Shown one piece after another: positions 1 through 12,600 of a DNA stretch of 64,000 bases. Every line of letters begins with the position of its first letter. Positions within the stretch are counted from its first letter, which is position 1. The DNA comes from Podarcis cretensis (taxonomy: Eukaryota), in NCBI GenBank assembly GCA_951804945.1, contig OX638150.1, forward strand, positions 4,402,001-4,466,000, in the 5' to 3' direction. The notes under the pieces are model-generated. The model saw only the letters and a list, made by a program, of their open reading frames with translations, was not told the DNA's origin and ran no database searches. A program made the position numbers and the translations under genes.

Positions 1-159
1 GTTGAGTTTTCAGGGCCTAAAAATGAGGAATCTATATAGTGAATCTCTCCAAATCACCGTTGTTGCTTTTACTATGTTTATGACCCTTACGTACAAGATT
101 GCAGCAGTTCCCAGTTTAGTTCTCTGTGCATTTTATTCACCCCTGCCTGCCTTTTCATG

Positions 160-162
<3 letters not shown>

Positions 163-194
<32 letters not shown>

Positions 195-220
195 CCTCCC
201 TCCCTCCCTCCCTCCTCTCT
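163..220. repeat. (CT)n(CCCT)n microsatellite; reverse-complement-like tract at 1245-1290
   Basis: Direct inspection. Confidence 0.9.
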
Positions 221-833
221 ACTAGAGACCAGTACAAGGAAGACAGCAACTCTCACCAGTATTACAGGTGCCAAGGTTGGTGCCTCCATGAGAAGAGGTG
301 AAGCAATTTGCCTCAGGTGGTCCACTGCAGTATGGCCACAGCCAGGAGCAAGGGTGCTTCTGCAGTGGCAGGGCCAGTGGCAGCACAGGAGTGGTGGCAG
401 GGGCAGGAAGCATCAGGGAGACGGCAGCAGGGCGCTTTGCCCACAGTGTCAAAACATCCCACACCCTCCCCTTGACAGGTGCAGCCGACTGCCATAACTG
501 CAACAGCCATTCAGTCAAAGGAGAAGAAACAGAACATTAGGTCCTGCTTCTGCTTCTTCTTTCCTTTCCTTTCCTGTTCTTCCTTCAGTGCCGCAAGGCT
601 GCAGCACCAGTCTATCCACTCCTGGGCTAGTAAGGAGAGGGAAATGGTGGCCCTCCATTAGGGGTGGGCCAATTTTGGTTTCTCTCACTTTGTCATTTTT
701 CCAGTCTTCAGTTTTCCATATTTCTACGTTAATTGCAATTTATTTATTCTGAAAAGTAATTCATCAGCATTTTAGTGTGAATTTCTTCTAACAGACATAA
801 TATAATGCATTTTGAATGTTATCTTCTCTAATA

Positions 834-1058
834 CAGTGTTACCTCAGGTTACAGACACTTCAGGTTACATATGCTTCAGGTTACAGACTCCGCTAACCCA
901 GAAATAGTACCTCGGGTTAAGAACTTTGCTTCAGGATGAGAACAGAAATCGTGCTCCGGCGGTGCAGCAGCAGCGGGAGGCCACATTAGCTAAAGTAGTT
1001 CTTCAGGTTAAGAACGGACCTACGGAATGAATTAAGTACGTAACCCGAGGTACCACTA
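834..1058. mobile_element. Tc1/mariner (Tigger/pogo-like) MITE
   Basis: TA-cagtgttacctcaggtta ... taacccgaggtaccacta-TA terminal inverted repeats (TIRs); same family as 3078-3308, in opposite orientation. Confidence 0.85.
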
Positions 1059-2576
1059 TATATGCATTTTTTGCACTTTACCCAAATATATGATTATTCT
1101 TCTTAACTTATTACTTGGCTAGAGAACTGCCTTGTAAATTTGAAGGACTGTAGATTTCAAAGTTTGGCTGCACTTTGGTTCTCAAATTATCTTGCAGTTT
1201 GCATTTACATGTGAACTGATTCAATTTTTTTGCCCCATCCTTAAGGGACGGAGGGAGGGAGGGAGAGAGAGAGAGAGAGAAAGAGAGAGAGCGCACTGTC
1301 CCTGCAGGACACATGTTCCTGTAAACATTGCCTCAAGGAAGACATAGACAGCAGCCACTTTCTCTGGAGCCTCATGCAAACATAAACCCACTGGCGGAGG
1401 AAGAGGAGTATGGGGGGGAGCACACTGCCCCCGGCAGCACGATCCCAGTGGGGTGCCATCACGGCTGTCCCCCTGCCAGTGCTGAGCGCCCCACCTGCTC
1501 TCTGCGACTCGACTGCATACACACACCCCCATGTGCCCAGTCTTCCAATTCATCAGAACAACAAATAAACTGTCCATTTATAGTTTTGTTTGAAATGTTA
1601 TGCATTCTACCCCTAAAGATGTCTGTCAGTGTTTTCCTACTCCAAGAGTGCCCTTGGCCGACCTGCAAAGAGAATCCAGCTTATCCTAGTGTTTATGGCA
1701 GTGTCAGAAAGCCCAGGAAATAAAACCTGGCACAAGTTCCAAAAGGGTTTGGAAGAATGCCACCCTCCGTAATAATCACTAGGCAATCCTGTCCCAAATA
1801 CTCAATATGTCATTCCCATGTAACCTAAGACTTGTTAAAGATGAGTTCACCAACATTTGAATTGAACATATATTAGGTAAACAACAGCAAGGGCTAACTA
1901 AAATGATTAAAATTATGCAGGAAGTTAACCCAACTTCTGCACCAAGACGAGCTGGATATCTTCATCTACATAAATTATGTAAAGCAAACTGGCACACATT
2001 TGTTAATTTTGCATCATTCTTTCTACAGGTAAAGTGGCACTAAAGGAAGGTCCTGAAGTCCAACTCTTCAGAAATCCCAATAAGACTCCTTCTGGTGTGG
2101 TGAAGGGGAGGATGCAAAAAGTCCCCAACATATCCATATAGAACTGGGAATGTATACTGTCTGAAATTCTGTAAAGTTCCAGACTTTCCAAAGCTTTAGA
2201 AAGGCCCAGGGCCCAGTCGATGCAGACAATACTAAATCAGATGGCGCAATGGACCAGCTCGGTATAAGGCAGCTTCCTATGTTGTTCCTATATCTCAGAC
2301 CATATATTTTCAAGCTTATTTTTGCACACATAGAGGCTTGGAAGCTTGAGTGTGGGATGCTGCTTTTAAAATCGAATCCAATATTCTCAATATGCCAAAC
2401 TATTTAATCTATAATATAATATTATAGATTATGGCTGAATCTAGACACATCAAAAAAGCGTTTCAGGAATCCCCTCTCTACACGCAGCACCCCGCCAGGG
2501 GTATTGCATACCAAATTTCCAAACAAATGTGGCATCATCAATAGCATCCCCACCAGATCTTGTTCAGACACATATA

Positions 2577-2741
2577 CTGTATTTTTCCATGTATAAGACT
2601 AGTTTTTTTCCCTAAAAAATAATGTATAAAATTAGGGGGTGTCTTACACAGAGATATATCCCCCCCATTTTCTTAAATCTGAGTTCCCCAAAATAGGGGA
2701 CGTCTTATACATGGGGGAATCTTATAGACAGAAAAATACGG
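2577..2741. mobile_element. Tc1/mariner (pogo/Tc2-like) MITE
   Basis: TA-ctgtatttttc...tataagac ... cttatagacagaaaaatacgg-TA. Confidence 0.8.
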
Positions 2742-2743
2742 TA

Positions 2744-3060
2744 TATTATTATTAATCTTTATTACGACCCAACGACCCATAATATAGATACAGAATAAAA
2801 TACAGACTCATGTAGACAACCCCCCAGGGAAGGGAGACTGAAGTGTTATTTGTTTAGTCATGGGTATGTTGATCTTTGATTCGTATGACTACTGAAAGAA
2901 ACTTTGCCACGGCCACTGTGATATCGTTGGACTTGTCGTCCAGAAGATATCTGATATAGTAGGCTTCAGACTGACCCGGCCAATTTGCCAATAGTGATTA
3001 AATCAATAGGTCCCTTGCTTGATCATATTGTATGTAATGCAATAAAATATGCCTCATGCA
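2744..3060 (-). mobile_element. Degenerate 3' end of a non-LTR retrotransposon (family uncertain)
   Basis: Minus-strand translation HILLHYIQYDQARDLLI*...YYIRYLLDDKSNDITVAVAKFL resembles a LINE ORF2 C-terminus; followed by an (AAT)n tail. Confidence 0.5.
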
Positions 3061-3077
3061 GTTGAGTATATACGGTA

Positions 3078-3308
3078 CAGTGGTACCTTGGGTTAAGTAC
3101 TTAATTCGTTCCGGAGGTCTGTTCTTAACCTCAAACTGTTCTTAACCTGAAGCACCACTTTAGCTAATGGGGCCTCCTGCTGCCGCTGCTTGATTTCTGT
3201 TCTCATCCTGAAGCAAAGTTCTTAACCCAAGGTATTATTTCTGGGTTAGCGGAGTCTGTAACCTGAAGTGTATGTAACCTGAAGCGTCTGTAACCTGAGG
3301 TACCACTG
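3078..3308. mobile_element. Tc1/mariner (Tigger/pogo-like) MITE
   Basis: TA-cagtggtaccttgggtta ... taacctgaggtaccactg-TA. Confidence 0.88.
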
Positions 3309-3561
3309 TATATGGAAGAAGGTGTTTCATTAGACACCTAGGCCCTGGAGTCCTATATGGCTCTGTATGTCCACATTTGTATGTACTGTATGATACAGCG
3401 TGGCTAGGTTTCATTTATGGTGATAAATTTCCACAACCCCTTTTTATTATTGTTCATCTGGTCTCTTCCAGAATTGGTCTACATGAGTTCTAGATCTAAC
3501 AAATAAGCCTTTGGACTGCAGAGTCTTTGAAGAGCAGGGTTTTCCAAGGTCTGGCACTTAC

Positions 3562-3628
3562 CTGCCTCAGGTTGGCCACCCTCGTTTTTAGGAGCCTCTG
3601 TTTCCTCCTCCATCATAGCAGCCAATGG
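3562..3628 (-). CDS. STAC3: STAC3 coding exon 6 ([22 protein letters not shown])
   Basis: cctgctttctag|CCA TTG GCT ... GCA G|gtaagt; 67 nt. Confidence 0.92.
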
Positions 3629-6600
3629 CTAGAAAGCAGGATGGGAAATGTATCAGAAGGCATCAGCTTTGTTGCAGTTGACTGGAATGAAGCATCCTCA
3701 CTAACTGAGGCTGCATAAGACTCAGGGTTGGGGCACACAACAGCGAACTCTGGGCTATGTGAAACTAGGCAAGGCCTCAGGAGCTTCTGGCAGATATTTC
3801 CAAGACAATGTGCAAAGGAGCATGAAGAGGATAAGGAAAGAACCTCAATTTGTGGGTGGTTTATATGGGTCTCCAGAGAAGCATCTGGAGAGACAGGGTT
3901 GCCAACTCACAGCCAACCTCAAGCTGCTATATCCTTAAGTCTTCCAAGGCTGGGAAAAATGGTTAAGTATCATCTTCCCTGCTAAAGAGCTGAAGAAGTC
4001 AGATTTACCTACCCCGTCTATTGTCCAAGAACAGAGCTATACTTTACATTAATTAATGCAGTAGGAATGATGTCCCGGTAATTTGTATTTGCACATGCAT
4101 AATTAAATGTTGGCATGTCTGCTGCATTTTGTACTATGTTTTTAATGTAAACGAAATCATGTATTAAATATTATATTTAAGATTTTTATTGTGTATTATG
4201 TGTTAGATGTTAGCATTATAAGATATTTTGTATATTTCATAATTTCATAAATTTACTTGTAAAACATATTACTATTACTATTGGCTGCTACTGGCAACCA
4301 GTTTATGGGCACAACTCCTCTTCCCCATATTGTAGCTCTCTTACCCATGGTCTCACTTTACAACATTGCACATTTATCTGCCCCACAGAAGCAGCTGCAG
4401 CAGATGTGGGCAAGAAAATGTCTACACCATGGGATCTGATAAACTCTTCCTCAAGGTTATGGTTGGAAAGGGGGAGCTGATATTTTTAGCAGACTCCTGG
4501 CAGAAAGCTTGAGAAAGAGGGCTGCAGCCTTCTAGCGGGGTGGATAAGTTAAATGTATAGCAACAAGGAAGGGGAGTGGGGTGAGGAAGAGGTCTGAAAT
4601 ACTGCAAGCCACATTAATTCTTTAATTATTTTATTGTAAAGGCATTAACCCTTTAATTAAGAGCTAATTTAGTCCCGATTCCACCACTCCTTTCTGGAGG
4701 GCACTTGCCACGGCTCTCCCTGGGAGAGGCTGCTATGGTTACGAGACGATGATATGATACCCTTCTGTGTCATGATTGTTTCCCTACACCATCTCCCTTA
4801 CGTTCTTTTTGTCATCCTGCCCTTTCTTGCGCTCTTTGTTTGCCATGACAACACCTGTCCGCAGCGTCTCAAACACAGGGTCACTTCGGTTTGCTGTGGA
4901 GTGAAAAGGAACAGCAACAAAATTAGGCTGCTGTTTGTGGCAATGGAGGCCCACCTTTGGAATGGGTAGAGGCTTGAAGCAGGTTACTTACCACCAGAAA
5001 GTTGTTCGGCACCGTATAATGGAGAGCTGTAAGCACGACGGAAACCCGGGGGCTGCAGGGCAAAAGAAGAGTGTGACACACAAGGGAAAGGGAGAACCCA
5101 GCCTTCTCCAAAACTAAGGAGGAAGGGCAACTCTTTCCTAAATACGCTGCCAGTAGACCAGCTTATCCTCAGAGGGCATCTCTACCCTAGCTTAAAATAG
5201 GGTCAGGCAGAAACAACAATTTTTGGAAATATTTTCACGGGTTGCAGAAAAAGCCTCTGGTGATTCTTTGGGGTCTACTGCGGAAGGGGCAAAACAGTTG
5301 GCCCAACCTGAGGCCCTCCAGGTATTGTTGGACTACATCCCTGAAGTAAATATTATGAACAGCTTGATTCAATGCAGTTTTCTTTTTCTTAACTTTTAAA
5401 AATTGCTTTTCAGATATATACCAACAGAAGAACGAAATACAACTCCCACCCTAGAGGAACAAGAATCTATCTCATGGATTAAATAAATACACTTCTTTAA
5501 TACCCTTAAGATGCTGATGGTTCCACATCAATATAAAATGGGTTTTCTACATTTTCAAAAGCAATTATTGCAATATTCTCTGTCCTTGTAATTGTCCCCC
5601 CCCCCCATCAAACTCAACACTATACCAGATCCATGCTTCTAACGACAGCACGCAGACACAAATTCTTCCTGTTTTAGCTCGATTTACTCAAGCTGCAAGC
5701 ACTAAACTGCCCAGGAACACAAAAGTATTTTGAGCATAAAAATTCTGTTATGTTCCCTATTAAAGCAATCAGAGAAATTTCTCAGTTCTCAGATTAGCAT
5801 GTCTCTTTGGGGAAGATTTTATCTCCATGCCAAAACATTTCCCACCCTCCACCTTATGGTGGCCAAAGCAACCTCTGAACTTGGCGGCCCAAGCCTAAGG
5901 CACATGGCATAATATGTTAAGTGGCAGGAAGCTGGAACTTGGGCAATGGGGCCAGGCAGGGAATACTTACAATCTTGCCAAAGCAGCGCTGGAACTCCAC
6001 ATAGTGTTGGCAGCTGTGGTGGATGTGGGTTTTGCAGTTCTTGCAACGCAGGCCGTATTTGTTATTGACTACAGTAGAAAAAAAACCAATCTGTTGGGGG
6101 CAATTTGGGCTGTAAGAGCCAACCCCCTGCCAACCGTGCCCCCCACCCCTGCAACTCCAGCAGACTAAATCATGAATTGGGAACCTGAGGTCCTCCCAGT
6201 GTCACTGGACTATAACTACCATTGTCCCTGGCCACACTTTGGCCACGTTGCCTGGGGCTGATGGGAGGTGGAGTCCAGCAACATCTGAAGGGCAAAATGT
6301 TTTCCCCATCCCTGGAGTAAACTCAAGGTGTCTGCAGCACGCTCATGTCCTCTAACATGGGCCTGTCCAATCACATGTAATGCCAAGATAGAAGGTGCCA
6401 TTTGAAGTCCACTAACTGGATCATTTCCCCCAATTGGTCTCACTTCAGTATAGAGCCCAGCTTGTGTGTACCCTTTTGGCACTTTGAATCACACTGCATC
6501 AAGAGCTGTCAGGGCAGAAATCTTCAGTTCTGTGTGCAACTGCCCCATGTGGTGAGAACTGCAGCTTGGACCATTTTCTTGCCACTGAAGTAGCCTCAGG

Positions 6601-9600
6601 CTGCCCCCCCCCCCCCCGCAGCTGGCTATTGGGCTCTTCCAGGCAGGCAGGCCTATAAAAAGGGTTCCTGATTGGTCTGAGACCTTGCCTAAGCAGCAAT
6701 TCTTTTCTGGCTCTGGTACCCGTGGATCATTTCTTGCAGCTTAGCTTTGACACATTCCCTCCTTATCTGTCTTACACATCTGTGTACATGATATTTTTTG
6801 AGGGAGGGGGAGGGGCTGTATTTAAAACCAGTGTTTTCTTCAGCACTTGCATTGGTCTCAAGATTGCCAGTGTCTGCTTTCAAAATACTGGAACTTATAA
6901 CTGCCTCTGAGCAGGTGCAGAGTGGCTTTCCTTTATAAAGGAAGCCAGCTAGATACCACTTTTGAAAGGACCAGAAAAGTCTGGAATGGAAGGACATATC
7001 AGTGAAACATCAATTGAATTTGTGGGTGGGGGCTGACTTTAAATCCTTTTTCTGGCAACTGGCCAAGAGGCTGATTGGTGTCATATGGGACACCAATTGT
7101 GCTGGAAGAAATTATCAATGAGCAAACCCTTTCGTATCTCATGTGAATATCACAAGTCCTCACCTCATAAGAGAGAGCTGCATTATTCATTCCCTTTCCA
7201 GTCATAGGTATGCATGTCATGATATGAAGGGAGAAGATGACAGATGGATCATGTTGCAAATTCCCCAACCCCCAGTTCTTTCAAAATTGGGAAGGAGCTA
7301 TGACTATTAACTTCATTCCCTCCCTCCCTCCCTGTTACATTACAGTTCCCTTGAAGCGGCTCCAGGCACTATGTACTCACTACAGCATAATAGGAAAGAG
7401 AGATGTGGGCTTTACCTTCTCAACTTTAAAATGGCCACCTTGAATGATGAAAACTCATCTCTGACTCAGTGACATTTTTTCTGGGGGGGGGGGGAATGCT
7501 TGTGTGTGTATCAACTATATATTTTGGAAAGTTGTTCATCCATTCACTATGCACTGCTTAAGATAAAGATAAAGGTAAAGGACCGCTGACAGTTAAGTCC
7601 AGTCGTGAACGACTCTGGGTTTGCGGCGCTCATCTCGCTTTACTGGCCAAGGGAGCTGACGTTTTTATGCAGACAGTTTTTCCAGGTCATGTGGCCAGCA
7701 TAACTAAGCCGCTTCTGGCAAACCAGAGCAGTGCACGGAAAAGCCGTTGACCTTCCTCCCAGAGCGGTACCTATTTATCTACTTGCACTTTGACGTGCTT
7801 TCGAACTGCTAGGTTGGCAGGAGCAGGGGCCGAGCAATGGGAGCTCACCCCGTCATGGGGATTCAAACCGCCGACCTTCTGATCAGCAAGCCCTAGGCTC
7901 AGTGGTTTAGACCACAGTGCCACCCACGTCCCAACTGCTTAAGATAAGGTAGCCAAATTGGACACCATTTTGAATCAAGTCAGTGGACTGAAACTTGCGC
8001 AATGGCACTATTTTAACACTGCTTTCAAAACTGTACTGGTTTGGGGGGTTTCTTAGAATTCCCAAGCAATGTTGGGTATAAGGCTGCTAGTTATATATAT
8101 GTGAGCCACCATCACATCCAGCATTTAGCCCAGGCTTCCTCAAACTTAGCCCTCCAGATGTTTTAGCCTACAGCTCCCATGATCCCTAGCTAGCAGGATC
8201 AGTGTTCAGGGATGATGGGAACTGTAGTCTCAAAACATCTGGAGGGCTGTTTGAGGAAGCCTGATTTAGCCACACAATCCATACCTTCTCCCATCTGTAC
8301 CTTCTCTTCATCTTCATGACTCACCATCTCCCTGAAGCACATGCCTTCCCCATTCCCCCCATCCCCCTTCACTCCCTCTCCTTTACCCATTATGGTTGCT
8401 ACCATTTTACAGACAGGACTCATGTGCCTAGGGTGGCCATGTGTCCTGATTTATAGGGGGCGGTTTATTATTTGGATGCCAGTCCTCTAGGTGTCCTCTT
8501 GGACTGACAAGCTGAAGCCTTGAAGTCGCCCATCAAGAGTTTGCAGCGCTCTCCACTAGGACAAGATGTATTACATTGCTATTTATAGTAAATCTTTCCA
8601 AACTTGCATCTATGCATATTTATCAAATATGCAAATTAGTGTTCTTTTTGTGTGGTGCACAATGTTTGGCAATGCATAACTGCCCATCTTATGTTTGTCT
8701 TTAACACGACAGACAGACATTCAGCAGTGAAACTTCCTCCCCCCACAACCACAGAGGTGCGGAGAGAGAAAAAGCCATGCTTGTCAGACTTCTGCCTGTT
8801 ATGCCATTGCCAAGGGCCCAAGCACCCTGCCAAGAGAGGGACGAGGCAACCTTCTGAGCACCACCATTCCCCCTGCAGTTCAACCCCCTCAGGTAGGACT
8901 CACGGACAATCATGCGGGCACAGACGTCGCAAAACTTGGGTTTTTTGAAGTAATGATCCTTGAATTTGTGAGGTCTGTCGTTAACTGGTTTCTCTGGCTC
9001 AGGTGGTGGCTCAGGCTCCTCCTCCTCTTCATCCTCTTCCTCCTCCTCATAGATGTAGTAGATGGGTCCTCCAGAGGGGCTGACCAGCTCCCCATTGGCC
9101 TGTGGTTCCTCTGGGGCAGGCTCCTCATTGGGCTTTCGTTGGAAAAGCTGCTTTAGCCGCTGCAGCTGAAGGTCCAGGATGGGGTGGAAGGGCAGGGTGG
9201 GATGGGGTGGGATGGGATGGGGGGTGGTGGACAATCAGCACTTGATAGATGCCAACAGGGAACCTTGGCAACCAGCGCCATTGGCATGCACGCTCCAAAC
9301 TTGTCCATGAGTAGCTCAAAAATGAGGCAAAGTGATGGCGGGGAGAGACCCACGGCACCCCTTGGGTCTTTGGCAAACACAGGGGAAGAGAACCCTGGAT
9401 TGCAGGTAATGAAAACAAATGTCCAGTGAACACATAGAAGCAGCATGGTGGCAGCCATACAACTGCATGGAGACTGGACCACAGAGCTCACCCATTTGCA
9501 CATAGTGGCTTTTCCTTGCACCACCCACAAACTGATGGTCTGCAGTGGCAGAAAACATCCAGTGGCCACATCTCAGGGGGTGGAAGCCACGTCACAGAAA

Positions 9601-12600
9601 CAATTTGCATTGTAGAACTCTCTCCATGCAATGGCATTCTAAGCATGACTAGCAACTAATTAAAGATATTTTCTGTTTTAGTGGATTAATCATCTGCTTT
9701 TTAGCAATTAACTGGTTAATAATAATTATTCTAAAAGCAGATATATAGTTTCAAGTGCTTCACATATACTCATTGCAGCAAACCTTTTCTACAACCTTCT
9801 AGGGCAGAGCAGTACCACATTGCATATTTTTTTGGGGGGGGGTGAAGCTTAGAGGCAGCAGTCTGCTTTCTAGGTCTGTGGGCAAAAGGTAGATTTCAAG
9901 TTGAACAGGGGGTGGGAGTGCTTCTTGACTCAGTCTGATTTTCTAAACAAACAACACAACAAGAATAACTTCAGAGTAAATATGCACAGGATTACACTAT
10001 AAGAAATGTGCTTTATTTGGGGGGATATGCTTTAAACATAGTTTAAATGAATTGTGTGTATGCAGCCCAAGTTATTGTAGGTGTGCTCTTTTTAACTTGC
10101 TAATAATGCAAATTAAATTTTAAGTCCATGTGCCTATGACAAAAAACTCAAAAGGTATCACTGGGCGAAAGATCTCTGCACTGCAAGGGTTGGACAAGAT
10201 GACCCTCATGGTCCCTTCTGATGCTACGATTCTGTGATTCTAAACCTGCTCTTGGGTGGGTGGGGGGAATAGGTATCAAAAGATTTGCTAACTTACAATT
10301 TAACAACATGCAACCATCTAATCTTTTAATTACCTTCTTCTGTTGCAGAAACATAGCAGAAGCAAGACAGCCTCAAAAAAGTAAAAGGCCCTACCTTTGC
10401 AGCCTTGCTTATTTAAAACATACCAATTAGTCAACTAATTTAAAACATGCCAATTAGTCAACTAATTTTTTGGGTCATTAATGTACTGCTTAACACTTGC
10501 ATTCCTAACTTTAAACAGCCAAACCCATCACTGATGCTTTGTGTGCCTTTCACTTAAGGTGCATCCCCCCCCCCATATATATTATTTCAGCCGTCAAGCT
10601 GGTACGGTAAGTGCACTAGCCACCCTTTTGTGGCATATAGAATTTTAACGCAGAATCAAAAACTTACAGGAAGCTACCTCTGCCTGTTTAATCTTTACTC
10701 GTATTAGGAACTGTATTATATACTGTATTATGAATACTGCCACTGTATTCTGCTCTGGTCAGACCTCACCTGGAGTACTGTGTCCAGTTCTGGGCACCAC
10801 AGTTCAAGAAGGACACTGAGAAACTGGAACGTGTCCAGAGGAAGGCAACCAAAATGGTCAAAGGCCTGGAAACGATGCCTTATGAGGAACGGCTAAGGGA
10901 GCTGGGCATGTTTAGCCTGGAGAAGAGGAGGTTAAGGGGTGATATGATAGCCATGTTCAAATATATAAAAGGATGTCACATAGAGGAGGGAGAAAGGTTG
11001 TTTTCTGCTGCTCCAGAGAAGCAGACACGGAGCAATGGATCCAAACTACAAGAAAGAAGATTCCACCTAAACATTAGGAAGAACTTCCTGACAGTAAGAG
11101 CTGTTTGACAGTGGAATTTGCTGCCAAGGAGTGTGGTGGAGTCTCCTTCTTTGGAGGTCTTTAAGCAGAGGCTTGACAACCATATGTCAGGAGTGCTCTG
11201 ATGGTGTTTCCTGCTTGGCAGGGGGTTGGACTCGATGGCCCTTGTGGTCTCTTCCAACTCTATGATTCTATGATTCTATGATTCTATGAATGTAGGTCCC
11301 ATCTCCTGAAGTTCCCAGCATTGGTTGTGGAAGCCAGCACAGCACCACACGGATTGGCTGGAACAGTGGCGATGTCATCAACCCACTCCACAATCTCCTC
11401 CCACTGATGCTGCTTTTATTTTAAGAGGGAGAGATGACACATGCACATTTAATTGAATAAATCTACATAATAACATTCCAATATAGTAATGGCAGTAAGT
11501 CTGCTGGAAAAATATGGGGAGGGAAGACACAGGCTAAAGAGCCATCGTTCATTTCACTAGCCCAGCAGTTGGCAACTTTTTCCTATAGACCTTACGAATC
11601 ATAAACTGTCTTGTTGGAGAATTTAAAATTTTTTTGTACAAGCATATGCATCTCATATTTTAATAATCACAGCATATAGTAGCTTTTTGCTGCAATGGAT
11701 GTGTGTGTGTGATATTTTAAAAAACATGTTTTCCTTTACCACTGGCATCATCAAAACCAGCACCAATTGTGAAATCATGGGCCCTGGACCAGCCTCTTGT
11801 TGCCCTGGTCAAAAGAGTCTGAAGCGCCACCATCCGGTAAAAAACAACAACTCAAGAGCAAGGTCAAGTACAGGCATTTCCAACTGTTCCACAACTTTTC
11901 TGTGGAGCTGCTGGACAGATTGTGAGAGGAGTAGTCCTATGTTTGTCCCTTGTAGCAAAAACAATAAGGGAGTCTTTCATCATCTTACAGGCTAACAAAG
12001 CATAAACTTTCATGGACAGAGGCCAATTTCATCAGACACCTTATGTAAAATTTAAAAGAGAAAATTGTAATCTGAGAGCTGAATGGCAACGAGATGCAAA
12101 AGTTAAAGTTAATGATTATTAGAGCTTTAATATATGTTAGCCACAGCTTTAATCTTTTACAGGGGCAGATTGTGAAAATTGCTGGGACACTTGTATTAAC
12201 ACCTATAGTGGGGCAGGAAACTATTTTGCAAGAAACTATTGTAGATACATAGATCCTGGCATTATTCAGCTAATTAACACAATACTGCAATAAAAACAGA
12301 GCTCGTGGTGGACCACATTCCTCTGCACAGGCCAGCACATCCATCTCCTTGATTGGCACCTGGGTGTGTGCCACGACCTCTGAATTCCAGTTTTTACACC
12401 ACCAGTAACCTCATCTCACAGATGTGATAAAGTTCATTTTGACCCTGAGCAGTGCAGTTTGTGAAAGGCAGAGGCGGCGAGGGGGGCAAGGGGAAGCGTC
12501 ACTGACCCAGATGTTGCTTCTGCTGCCAGGGAGGGCAGCCAAGTCAGCTCACAGAGGACTCCTGGGGCATCAGTAAACTGGAAAGCATGCAGTCAGCGCT

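Noticed and set aside
530-605. Purine-rich minus-strand stretch as the next STAC3 exon
   Set aside because: The required phase hits a stop immediately and there is no donor; the remaining STAC3 exons appear to be outside the window.
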